Positions 27,238-35,503 are shown, counted from the stretch's first letter. The stretch: 64,000 nucleotides of DNA from Geminicoccaceae bacterium (GCA_050246385.1 JBFWWD010000001.1:9789-73788); one strand, 5' to 3'. Notes: generated from the letters alone by a model not told the origin. Program-made: numbers and translations.

Positions 27238-27995
27238 GCCGGCTTCCAGCCTCGACCAATGCACTGCGCCTCGCGGGGATCACCATCACCGCCCGCGAGA
27301 GCGGCCTACCCCTGATCGGCGACCTCTCCCTCATCGTGCCGCCGGGCGAGATCGTGACCGTGATGGGGCCGAGTGGCTCCGGCAAGTCGACGCTCCTCGC
27401 CTATGTCGGCGGCTTCCTCGACCGAACCGCCTTCACCGCGCGGGGAGAGGTCGCGATCGGCGCCGAACCGCTGACGGATCTGCCGCCGGAAGCCCGGCGT
27501 CTCGGGGTTCTGTTCCAGGACGCCGTCCTGTTCCCGCATCTGTCGGTCGCGGGCAATCTGCTGTTTGGGCTGCCGCGCCGCCGGTCCATGACACACCGGC
27601 AGCGCCGCGCGGTGGCGACGGAGGCCCTGGCGAGCGCCGGGCTGGACGGCTTCGTGGATCGGGACCCGGCGACGCTGTCCGGCGGTCAGCGGGCCCGCGT
27701 CGCCCTGCTCAGGACGCTTCTCGCGAAACCGCTGGCCCTGCTGCTCGACGAGCCCTTCGGCAAGCTGGACGCGGCGCTCAAGGAGGAGTTCCGGCAGCTC
27801 GTGTTCCGGCACGCACGCGAACGCAACCTGCCGACACTGCTGGTGACGCACGACCCGAGCGATGCAGCGGCCGCCGGCGGCCCCGTCATCGATCTCGCGG
27901 ATCACGCGGCCGGGATGTCGAGGACTTCCTACGACTACGCCGCCCCACGGACCGTAGGCCGCTTGTGGCCGCTACTCGGAAGAGCGCGGAATTGA
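27234..27995 (+). CDS. ABC transporter ATP-binding protein
   Basis: Walker A GPSGSGKST, signature LSGGQRARV and Walker B LLLDEPF. ATGA overlap with the permease stop. Confidence 0.85.
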   Translation: MSRLPASTNALRLAGITITARESGLPLIGDLSLIVPPGEIVTVMGPSGSGKSTLLAYVGGFLDRTAFTARGEVAIGAEPLTDLPPEARRLGVLFQDAVLFPHLSVAGNLLFGLPRRRSMTHRQRRAVATEALASAGLDGFVDRDPATLSGGQRARVALLRTLLAKPLALLLDEPFGKLDAALKEEFRQLVFRHARERNLPTLLVTHDPSDAAAAGGPVIDLADHAAGMSRTSYDYAAPRTVGRLWPLLGRARN

Positions 27996-28831
27996 CCGAA
28001 GCGCTTCTCGCCCAGGAACCGTTGATCCGCCTCGGCGCCTTCGCCGGCGTCTTTGCCGCGATGGCAGGGTGGGAGCTGCTGGCGCCGCGCCGGCGCCAGA
28101 GCATCGGGCGTCTCCGCCGTTGGCCCGGCAATCTCGGCATCGTCGTGCTCGACACGATCTTGCTGCGGCTCGTCTTCCCGACCGCCGCCGTCGGCGTGGC
28201 GCTGCAGGCGGAGGCGCAGGGCTGGGGCCTGCGACACGCCCTGCCCGCGCCGCCCTGGCTCGTGGTGATCCCATCCGTCATCCTGCTCGATCTCGCCATC
28301 TACCTGCAGCATGTGTTGTTTCACGCCGTGCCCGCGCTGTGGCGCCTGCACCGCATGCACCATGCCGATCTGGAATTCGACGTCAGCACTGGGGTGCGCT
28401 TCCATCCGCTCGAGATCCTGCTCTCGATGGGCCTCAAGCTCGGCGTCGTCGCCGCCTTGGGCGCCCCGGCGACGGCAGTGCTGATCTTCGAAGTGTTGCT
28501 CAACGCCACCTCAATGTTCAACCATGGCAATGTCCGCCTGCCGGGGCGGATCGACCGTGTGCTGAGGTGGATTGTCGTCACCCCCGAGATGCATCGCGTC
28601 CACCATTCAGTGGTCCCGTGCGAGACCAACAGCAATTTCGGGTTCAACCTGCCGTGGTGGGACCGCCTGTTCGGCACCTATCGCCCCGCCCCGGCCGCTG
28701 GCCACGAGGCGATGACGATCGGCATCGAGCAGTTCCAGGACGTCCGCGAGCTGCGCCTCGACCGAATGCTCACACAGCCCTTCCGGACCGGCGATCGTAC
28801 CTATGCTCTGGGCCGGAGAGAGGCGGAGTAA
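27965..28831 (+). CDS. sterol desaturase / fatty acid hydroxylase family protein
   Basis: Membrane protein with His boxes HVLFH, HRMHH and HRVHH. Confidence 0.8.
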   Translation: MAATRKSAELTEALLAQEPLIRLGAFAGVFAAMAGWELLAPRRRQSIGRLRRWPGNLGIVVLDTILLRLVFPTAAVGVALQAEAQGWGLRHALPAPPWLVVIPSVILLDLAIYLQHVLFHAVPALWRLHRMHHADLEFDVSTGVRFHPLEILLSMGLKLGVVAALGAPATAVLIFEVLLNATSMFNHGNVRLPGRIDRVLRWIVVTPEMHRVHHSVVPCETNSNFGFNLPWWDRLFGTYRPAPAAGHEAMTIGIEQFQDVRELRLDRMLTQPFRTGDRTYALGRREAE

Positions 28832-29092
28832 TGGCTTCGAATTCCGTCACTTTGCTGAGTCTTATCCGTTTTGTGCTAACCTATTGAGCCGACGACTGAT
28901 TCTTGTTCTGGACCATTTTTCCGTACGCCCCTGGAACGAGCACGGCTACCGCACTCCTACTGAAGCCCTCCAAGACCAGCTCGCCACCCTCCCTGGGCCG
29001 CGTAAAGGTGTCAGCCAAGCCTGTCGCGCTTCGCCCCGAAACCGCCAACCAGGTTAAGGTGTCCCAGCTCGGAAAAAGCAGAAATGGAGGAG

Positions 29093-29278
29093 CACCACAA
29101 AGCGCGGCGTTTCGGCGGCGGCCGCGAGATCGGGTCTCGGACCGAGCGTCGCAAAGAAGACGACAGCAGCAAGGGCAATCGCAAGGCCGACTGCGCCCCA
29201 CCACAGGGACGAGAGCGACGCTGCGGGCCGTCGCATGTCCGATATCAACGCCTCGATGGGTTCGTTCGTATCCGTCTC
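29093..29278 (-). pseudogene. nrsF (DUF1109) anti-sigma factor N-terminal fragment
   Basis: TNEPIEALISDMRRPAASLSSLWWGAVGLAIALAAVVFFATLGPRPDLAAAAETPRF parallels the N-terminus of the intact NrsF at 32344 (TSDLVAALAADAKPVRRL...LLGLRPDLAEHLRQPVF). The remaining ~150 aa are missing. Confidence 0.45.
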
Positions 29279-29422
29279 GATTCTGCCCAATCCGCCTGGC
29301 CCCGATCGGCGCCTCGAGATCGGCCAGAGGCCGCGCGGGGCCGCCATCCCTCGTGAGCCAGCGGGCGGCGCCGCCTGAGACGTGCTCACAACGCGACCGC
29401 CCGCCTAAAGCGACCTCCGAAA

Positions 29423-30751
29423 TCAGCGTCGAGTCACTCGGTACTCCTCGGGCAGAAAGTACAGGCTGTCCTGGTCATCCGCCACGGCCGCGTGACACTC
29501 CGCGCAGAACTGCACCTTGTCGCTGCCGGGGCCATGGGTCGCGCCGAACAGGCTGCCATCCGGCATGATCATGCTGTAGCGCCAGTCTTGGCTCGTGGCG
29601 CTGAAGCCTTGTGGCATCTTCTCCATGATGAACAGCGGCCCGACGGTGACCTGGCCAGCAGGTGAGACGACGAAGCTGTCCTTGGCGATGCGGCCTCCGA
29701 CAGGCATGGCACCCATCGCTTCGAACTGGCCATAAGCCGCCAGCGCTTCGGGGCCGGGATAGTTGTTGACGTAGCGGCTGCCGTGCGTCGCCGACACGTA
29801 CGGTCGCGTGTTGACGCGGTCCCACCCCTGGTACTCCTGGGCGATCGTCGCCGCTTCGCCAGGTACCGCGGCCGCCTGGATGACCTGCGGATTGCCCGGG
29901 CTGGCGGCAGCGTGCGGCTCGCACGGGTTCTTGGCTGCGCAAGGGTTGCTGGGGTTAGTCGCCGCACCCGAATTCAAGGGCTTCTTCACCGCGCACGGAT
30001 TACACGGGTTGGCAGCGGCGCACGGGTTCGCGGCCTTAGCGGCCGCCTGCGGCCTCTCTCCGGTATAGGCGGCCTTCATGGCATCCTTGATGCACGTGTA
30101 GGCGGCATCGGCTTCCTCGGCCGTCAGCTCGACGGGCGCCGCAGCGGCGCATGGATTGCAGGGGCTGCACGGGTTGGCGGCGGCGCAGGGATTCTTGGCA
30201 GCGCAGGGGTTGCACCCGGTTTTGGCGGCGCAGGGGTTCGTCGCCGCGCAGGGATTTGCAGCCGCAGGCTCGAGCTTCGCCGCACAAGGATTCTGTTCCG
30301 CGGCCGTCTGCAGCCGCGGAACGACGCACTCGCTCGTGCCGGTCATGCCCTTCGCGGCGCAAGGATTGCAGGGGCTTGCGGCGGCCGCCAGGGTTTGCGC
30401 CGCCGGGATCTTGATGACCTGACCGACATGGATCCGGTCGGGATTGGCGATGCCGTTGTAGTCCGCCAACGTCCGGTAGCGGCTGGCGTCGTTGTAGAAC
30501 ATCTGGGCCACGCGGGCCAGACTGTCCCCCTCGCGGATCGTGTAGGTTTGCTCGGCCATTCCCTTCGCCGCGCAAGGATTCGCCGCAGCGCAAGGGTTGG
30601 CCTGGGCGAGTTGCATCGGCTCGGCGGCCGAGCCGGCCGCCAAGCCGTCGGCGGCCGTTATCAGCACGGCTCCACCCAGCAGCGCCGCAATGGGAACCAG
30701 GGTGCGCAAGGCGGTGGCGGACAACAGATGACGCCGAACGCTCATGGCCAT
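29423..30751 (-). CDS. exported LysM + [N/S]PC-repeat + cytochrome P460-like domain fusion protein
   Basis: Shine-Dalgarno GAAGGAGG plus ATG and a signal peptide. LysM domain (YTIREGDSLARVAQMFYNDASRYRTLADYNGIANPDRIHVGQVIKIP). 17 NPC/SPC units lie in three blocks. The C-terminal ~140 aa align with the neighbouring P460-like protein and end in the haem motif FCAECH. Confidence 0.8.
   Translation of the reverse strand: MAMSVRRHLLSATALRTLVPIAALLGGAVLITAADGLAAGSAAEPMQLAQANPCAAANPCAAKGMAEQTYTIREGDSLARVAQMFYNDASRYRTLADYNGIANPDRIHVGQVIKIPAAQTLAAAASPCNPCAAKGMTGTSECVVPRLQTAAEQNPCAAKLEPAAANPCAATNPCAAKTGCNPCAAKNPCAAANPCSPCNPCAAAAPVELTAEEADAAYTCIKDAMKAAYTGERPQAAAKAANPCAAANPCNPCAVKKPLNSGAATNPSNPCAAKNPCEPHAAASPGNPQVIQAAAVPGEAATIAQEYQGWDRVNTRPYVSATHGSRYVNNYPGPEALAAYGQFEAMGAMPVGGRIAKDSFVVSPAGQVTVGPLFIMEKMPQGFSATSQDWRYSMIMPDGSLFGATHGPGSDKVQFCAECHAAVADDQDSLYFLPEEYRVTRR
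29921..30604 (-). repeat. degenerate in-frame coding repeats encoding NPCAA(A/K) units, in three blocks
   Basis: The blocks are at 30566-30604, 30137-30379 and 29921-30034. On the plus strand they show as reiterated gcgcaggg(a/g)tt / gcgcacgggtt units. They translate to ANPCAAANPCAAK, NPCAATNPCAAKTGCNPCAAKNPCAAANPCSPCNPCAA, and similar. Confidence 0.75.
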
Positions 30752-30753
30752 GA

Positions 30754-31479
30754 TCAGCCTCCTTCTCGGTTGACGCTGGACGCCGGCTCGGGCCGCTGCC
30801 CGCTCGCGGGAACCGCAAGCTCGGGGCGCCGGAACGCCTCGGGTACGAAGAATAGGAAGTCGTGATCCGCGCCGGCGGTGGCGTGGCAGTTCCGGCAGAA
30901 GGCGACCTGTTCGTCGTTCGCGCCACGGGTCGTGCCGAGGACGGTCCCATCGGGCATCACCAGCGTGTAGCGCCAGTCATGCCCGTCGGGATCGAAGCCC
31001 GGCGGCATCTTCTCCATGAGCGCGAGCGGCCCGGGGTAGAATTGGCCGTCGTGCTTGACGGTGACGGCGTCCTTGGCCAGGACGGCACCCACCGGCATGG
31101 GTTGCCCGGAGCCGTAGTCGCGGGCGAGCCGGTTGGTGTAGTTGTTGACGAACCGCTCCCCGTGGGTTGCGGAGCGATAGGGCGCCCGGTTGAAGCGGGG
31201 CCAATCCTGGTACGCGGCCGCCGCGGGCAGGCCCGAGAGGGCGTAGTTGTCGCGCAGCACGGCGCGAACGCTCTCATAGACCCGCACAGCATCAGACTCG
31301 GTGAGCGTCGCCGGATCTTCGAGCAGAAAATGCTCGCCCACTCGTTCGGATCTGGGGGCGGGCGTGAGCCTCGTCACATCGAATGCCACCGATTCTTGAT
31401 CATGCGTCCGCGACACGATCATCGCGACGACCACCCCCGCGGCGAGCAAGCCCACGACGTAGAGCGCAGGCCGGGCCAT
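30754..31479 (-). CDS. membrane-anchored cytochrome P460-like protein
   Basis: Shine-Dalgarno GGAGACGGAGG plus ATG at 31479 (alternative ATG at 31545). N-terminal anchor MARPALYVVGLLAAGVVVAMIV. P460-family-like core (RSATHGERFVNNY...PLALMEKMPPGFDPDGHDWRYTLVMPDG) and C-terminal CXXCH (FCRNCH). Confidence 0.7.
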   Translation of the reverse strand: MARPALYVVGLLAAGVVVAMIVSRTHDQESVAFDVTRLTPAPRSERVGEHFLLEDPATLTESDAVRVYESVRAVLRDNYALSGLPAAAAYQDWPRFNRAPYRSATHGERFVNNYTNRLARDYGSGQPMPVGAVLAKDAVTVKHDGQFYPGPLALMEKMPPGFDPDGHDWRYTLVMPDGTVLGTTRGANDEQVAFCRNCHATAGADHDFLFFVPEAFRRPELAVPASGQRPEPASSVNREGG

Positions 31480-31625
31480 CCTCCGTCTCCTCGCGCCGGC
31501 CGGACGGTGGCGCACGCGCGGCGCGGCTCCTCGGCGTCGCGGCATTCGGGATGCGAGTGCGTCCTGCGTCGCGTGATCTGCCCTGGCATGGCCTCCTTGC
31601 CCGCCGGCGGCTCTCACAAAGCAAA

Positions 31626-31651
31626 TTCGTGGCGAGAGGGTGCGAGGTTAC
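31626..31651 (-). promoter_or_regulatory. putative sigma-F (ECF16-type) promoter GTAACC-N16-CGAA
   Basis: The minus strand reads GTAACC TCGCACCCTCTCGCCA CGAA, with -35 at 31651-31646 and -10 at 31629-31626. It points into the P460 operon. As I remember it, this matches the motif reported for Caulobacter SigF-dependent promoters. Confidence 0.5.
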
Positions 31652-31722
31652 GCTCGGCGCCTCATTCTTCCGGGAGCATCACCGCCCCGTGACCCACTGC
31701 GCGCTCGGGATCGTGCATCACT

Positions 31723-32340
31723 TTGCGCCGGCCGGAGAACCAAGCGCTGGCGACAATGCGGAGAAGCGGTCGAGACCGGAGCAGCACCCGCACGGGCGGC
31801 GAAGAGGACTGGTCGGTGCTCATGTCGCGCGCGCAAGCGGGCGACCGCGACTGCTACCGGCGACTGCTCGGAGATGTCGTTCCCTACCTTCGCGCCTTGA
31901 TCCGGCGGCACGCGGCCCTGTCGGGCGAAGGCGAAGACGTGCTGCAGGACATTCTTTTGGCCCTGCACAGCGTGCGGCAGACCTACGACCCGAAGCGTCC
32001 CTTCGGGCCTTGGCTTGCCGCGATCGCGCGGCGGCGGATCGTCGACCGTTTGAGGACCCGCGGCCGCATCGAGGTGGTCGAGATTGGACTCGGCCCGGAG
32101 CACGAAACCTTCCCCGCTGCCGAAGCGAACCTCTCTGTGTTGAATGTTGATCGACGTGAGTTGCGGGCGGCGATCGAGCGGGTGCCCGCCGGCCAGCGGA
32201 CGGCCGTGAAACTGCTCAAGCTGCGCGAGCTGTCGCTAAAGGAGGCCGCAGTGGAGAGCGGAATGGCCATCCCGGCGCTCAAGGTCGCAACGCACCGCGC
32301 CATGAAGGCGCTGCGCGTGATGCTGCGGCGGAAGGATTGA
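31723..32340 (+). CDS. sigF: ECF sigma factor, SigF-like (paired with NrsF)
   Basis: Region 2 (DVLQDILLALHSVRQTYDPKRPFGPWLAAIARRRIVD) and region 4 (LPAGQRTAVKLLKLRELSLKEAAVESGMAIPALKVATHRAMKAL). The start is uncertain (alternative ATG at 31756). The symbol is given by analogy to the Caulobacter sigF-nrsF pair. Confidence 0.75.
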   Translation: MRRPENQALATMRRSGRDRSSTRTGGEEDWSVLMSRAQAGDRDCYRRLLGDVVPYLRALIRRHAALSGEGEDVLQDILLALHSVRQTYDPKRPFGPWLAAIARRRIVDRLRTRGRIEVVEIGLGPEHETFPAAEANLSVLNVDRRELRAAIERVPAGQRTAVKLLKLRELSLKEAAVESGMAIPALKVATHRAMKALRVMLRRKD

Positions 32341-32343
32341 GGC

Positions 32344-33009
32344 ATGCTGACGACGTCCGACCTCGTGGCCGCGCTCGCCGCCGACGCCAAGCCGGTGCGG
32401 CGGCTGCGCCCGCCCACGCTGCGCGCGGCACTTTGGCTGCTTCTTGCGGGGCTCCTCGTGCTGGCCCTAGCGGTGCTCCTCGGCCTGCGTCCCGATCTGG
32501 CCGAGCATCTCCGGCAGCCTGTCTTCGCGGTGATGCTCCTGGCCTCGCTGTCGACGGGCGCGCTCGCCGCGGTCACCGCCTTCCACCTCAGTCTTCCCGA
32601 CCGATCGCGCCGCTGGTTGTGGTTGCCCGTCCCGGCGTTCCTGCTCTGGGTGTCGAGCATCGGCTATGGCTGTCTGACCGACTGGGTCCGCATCGCGCCG
32701 GACAGCATCGTGCTCGGCAGCACCCTCCAGTGCTTTGCGACCGCGCTGATCGTCTGTCTGCCGCTATCGTTGGCCCTCCTACTGATGCTTCGCCATGCTG
32801 TCTGGCTCGACCCGGTGCCGGTCGCGATGGCGGGCGGGCTTGCGCTCGCTGGTGTTTCCGCGACCGCTTTATCGTTACTTCACCCGCTCGACGCGACCGT
32901 CATGGTCCTGCTCTGGAATCTCGGCTTGGCTGCTCTGATGGTGGCACTCGCCGGCCGATTCGGCCGCTGGCTTTTCGCCTGGGCCGAGCCGCGCTCGATG
33001 GGTGGTTGA
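32344..33009 (+). CDS. nrsF: NrsF family (DUF1109) membrane anti-sigma factor
   Basis: Starts 3 nt after the sigma gene stop. N-terminal TSDLVAALAADAKPVRRL followed by six hydrophobic segments. Confidence 0.75.
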   Translation: MLTTSDLVAALAADAKPVRRLRPPTLRAALWLLLAGLLVLALAVLLGLRPDLAEHLRQPVFAVMLLASLSTGALAAVTAFHLSLPDRSRRWLWLPVPAFLLWVSSIGYGCLTDWVRIAPDSIVLGSTLQCFATALIVCLPLSLALLLMLRHAVWLDPVPVAMAGGLALAGVSATALSLLHPLDATVMVLLWNLGLAALMVALAGRFGRWLFAWAEPRSMGG

Positions 33010-33069
33010 GGGAGGGGCTCGGGAAGTGACACCGCCCCGGCCCGCCGCGCGCGAACCGGAGAATAAACC

Positions 33070-33759
33070 GTGACGGCTGCTGACGAGGACTCGTCGATGA
33101 TGGCGACCCGACTCGCTGCGGGACGCGATGCGCTGTTGTGGGAGCGGGTGCTGGCGAAGAGTGGAGCCAACATCGTCGGCGAGGTGCTGGCGCACCAGGG
33201 CACGTTCTACGAGTGGAACCACTACCCGGCTGGCGACGTCTTCGACCCCGACAGCGGCAGCCAATGGTACTACCACGCTCACCCCAAGGAACAGCGCCCC
33301 GGTGAGCACGGCCACTTTCACACCTTCCGGCGCGACGGTGAGCGGATCGTGCACTTGGTTGCGGTCTCGGCTGATCGGGGTGGTCACGCGATCCAGCTCT
33401 TCACCACCAACCGCTGGGTAACCGGCGAGAGCTGGGCGCCGGCCGGGGAGGCCGCTGCGCTGTTAGAGGGGTTTGATGTCGTTCTCGCCAGGCCATCCTG
33501 GCCGGTGAACCGCTGGCTCGTCTCGCTTCTTCGCTTCCATGCGCTGGTGGTGCGCGAGCTGCTCGTCGCGCGAGATGCGGCCATCGCGGACTGGCGCCGG
33601 CAGCATCCGGACACCGACGTCTTCGAGGATCGCGGGCTGGAAGTGACCTCCCGGCGAGAGATCGATCTCATCGCTGACGTGGCCGCGCTCGAGCAGGCGA
33701 CGGCAGTAGTTACCTGGCCCAGTAACCGCGAAGCTTTGCATTTTGGCCATGTGAGATGA
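33070..33759 (+). CDS. conserved hypothetical protein
   Basis: Clean 229-codon ORF with a GTG start (alternative ATG at 33097). Protein-like composition (GTFYEWNHYPAGDVFDPDSGSQWYYHAHPKEQRPGEHGHFHTF). No family recognised with confidence. Confidence 0.5.
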   Translation: MTAADEDSSMMATRLAAGRDALLWERVLAKSGANIVGEVLAHQGTFYEWNHYPAGDVFDPDSGSQWYYHAHPKEQRPGEHGHFHTFRRDGERIVHLVAVSADRGGHAIQLFTTNRWVTGESWAPAGEAAALLEGFDVVLARPSWPVNRWLVSLLRFHALVVRELLVARDAAIADWRRQHPDTDVFEDRGLEVTSRREIDLIADVAALEQATAVVTWPSNREALHFGHVR

Positions 33760-33814
33760 CGAAGTCAGCCTCCAGCCCGTAGCCTCCGGTCCCAAGGCTG
33801 GACGGGGTGGAGCG

Positions 33815-34080
33815 ATGCAGCGGCTATGGTCGGCGGACGAGCTGCCGAGCACTGGACACTGCTGTCCGAAGACCTGGCACTGCTGCTCGACCTGCCGACA
33901 TCGGCAAGCTCGGCTTGGCCGCACAGGTCGGCGTCCGCCCGGACTCCATCGACGGCTACGATTGGGAAGGCCGTACCGGCCGCCGGCATCGCCACGCAAT
34001 GTTCGGACACTTCGCGATCGTTGGCTTCGACGATGCGGCTGAGGCCGCGTTTTGCCGCTGGCGGCAGCGCGCGAGAATCA
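33815..34080 (+). mobile_element. Tn3-family transposase N-terminal (DUF4158-like) remnant
   Basis: Two frames join to read EHWTLLSEDLALLLDLPTS / GKLGLAAQVGVRPDSIDGYDWEGRTGRRHRHAMFGHFAIVGFDDAAEAAF. This matches the WTL...LGFA.QL...Y.W.GRT...HR...GFR pattern of Tn3 TnpA N-termini with an internal deletion. No catalytic part is present. Confidence 0.55.
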
Positions 34081-34236
34081 AGAGAGGTACGACATGCTGC
34101 ACGAATCGCACATGGGCGCCAAGGGTTCGGTGACCGAGGCTTGTGCGCTGAGGTTCTCTCTCAGGAGAGTTAATCATGCGTCACGTCGATGCGACCGTGG
34201 TTGCCGTCGAAGGCTGTTTCTGCAAGTGTCTTCAAC

Positions 34237-34587
34237 ATGGTGCGTGCATTCTGCCGACTTTGGCTTTGTGCCCTGCTGATCGTCGCCCTGGCCGCTGGCC
34301 AGGTGCCGATGTCGGCGCACGCGATGGCCAAGCCGACGCATGCCGCCGCGAGTGTCGGCCAAATGGATGGCCACGCGCCCGCGCCGTGCGACATGTGCGA
34401 TCGCACGCTGGGTCTCGACGGTGGCGGGATTTGTGACCAGCTCTGTTCGAGCGCCGGGCCGGCACTTCCGGTTGCCTTTCAGGTGAGGATCAAGATCGGG
34501 CATGCCTTTGCCCCGATCACCTGGCCGACCCTGCCCGACGGCCGCACAATCCCACCTGAACCGGACCCTCCAAGAGCTTTCGTCTGA
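34237..34587 (+). CDS. small exported Cys-containing protein with Pro-rich C-terminus (family copy 1 of 5)
   Basis: ATG at 34237 gives MVRAFCRLWLCALLIVALAAG. Cys cluster CDMCDRTLGLDGGGICDQLC and tail WPTLPDGRTIPPEPDPPRAFV. It is the first gene of the copper block. Confidence 0.5.
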   Translation: MVRAFCRLWLCALLIVALAAGQVPMSAHAMAKPTHAAASVGQMDGHAPAPCDMCDRTLGLDGGGICDQLCSSAGPALPVAFQVRIKIGHAFAPITWPTLPDGRTIPPEPDPPRAFV

Positions 34588-34885
34588 AGCGCTAGCCCCG
34601 TGACCGCGTGAACTCGGCCGAGATTGGTCGCGTTTGTCGTGGTTGGTGATCAAGCACCGCCCCGTCAGCGGCGATCGCCGTCGGATGGTGTGGTTGACAG
34701 TCTTCGACGAAAGCAATGCAGACATATGGAAATCGGCGTGTGTCGCGCCGCGGCCTTCTTGGCGCCGAAGCCGAACCGGCCCCAAGCGGCTACCCACGGG
34801 CGTCCTCATTGCATGAGCACCGAACAGTTTCGGGCGGCGCACGAGCACGCGGTCAAATCGCCCGTTCTCGGACCGGCATTCCGCG

Positions 34886-35503
34886 ATGACGATCCGGCAT
34901 GTGCTCGCCAGTCACGAGCCGGCTGCCGTGGCGCCTGAAACGTCGCTCCGTCCGACCTTACGGACGTCAGCTCGCCGGTGGATTCACGTCCTGCTGCCGC
35001 TGCTCACTTTTCTGGCGATCGGGATCTTCCTCGGCGTCGGTCTGACCCGTGACCCGAGTATCCTGCCGTCGACGCTGATCGGCCGGCCGGTGCCGACGTT
35101 CAGCCTGCCGCCGGTCCAGGGGCGGACGCTCGGGCTGTCGAGCGCCGACCTCAAGGGCGAGGTCTCGCTCGTCAACGTGTTCGCCTCCTGGTGCACCGCC
35201 TGCCGGCTCGAGCATCCGGTATTCCTGCGCCTGAAGGCAGAGGGCGTCGTGCCGATCCACGGCATCAACTACAAGGACCGGCCCGAGGATGCGGCCGCCT
35301 GGCTCGACGAGCTGGGCGATCCCTACACTCGCACCGGAGCGGACCGGAGCGGACGGGTGTCGATCGACTGGGGCGTGTACGGCGTGCCGGAAACCTTCGT
35401 CGTCGATCGGGACGGCAGGATCGCCTTCAAGCAGGTCGGCCCAGTTACGCCCGAAGTGTACGCAAAGACGATCGCTCCTCTGCTCGAAGGGCTGCGGCCA
35501 TGA
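34886..35503 (+). CDS. DsbE/CcmG family thiol:disulfide oxidoreductase
   Basis: Membrane anchor and active site WCTACRLEHP, with a GVPETFVVDRDGRI tail. Confidence 0.85.
   Translation: MTIRHVLASHEPAAVAPETSLRPTLRTSARRWIHVLLPLLTFLAIGIFLGVGLTRDPSILPSTLIGRPVPTFSLPPVQGRTLGLSSADLKGEVSLVNVFASWCTACRLEHPVFLRLKAEGVVPIHGINYKDRPEDAAAWLDELGDPYTRTGADRSGRVSIDWGVYGVPETFVVDRDGRIAFKQVGPVTPEVYAKTIAPLLEGLRP

Noticed and set aside
28890-28990. Short stretch translating to LVLDHFSVRPWNEHGYRTPTEAL, reminiscent of the C-terminal YN..RPH..LGY.TP motif of IS3/rve integrases.
   Set aside because: Only about 20 residues match, with an imperfect fit and no adjoining integrase sequence. That is too weak to call a mobile-element remnant.
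29921-30604. Regularly repeated short GC-rich units, which could superficially suggest a CRISPR-like or tandem non-coding array.
   Set aside because: The repeats are degenerate and in frame, have no unique spacers of constant length, and translate to NPCAA units inside a well-supported ORF. They are coding repeats.
31689-31714. GTGACC-N16-TCGT on the plus strand upstream of the sigF-like gene, as a possible autoregulatory promoter.
   Set aside because: Both elements deviate from GTAACC/CGAA, and the motif would place the transcript start almost on top of the 31723 start codon. It is not convincing without data.
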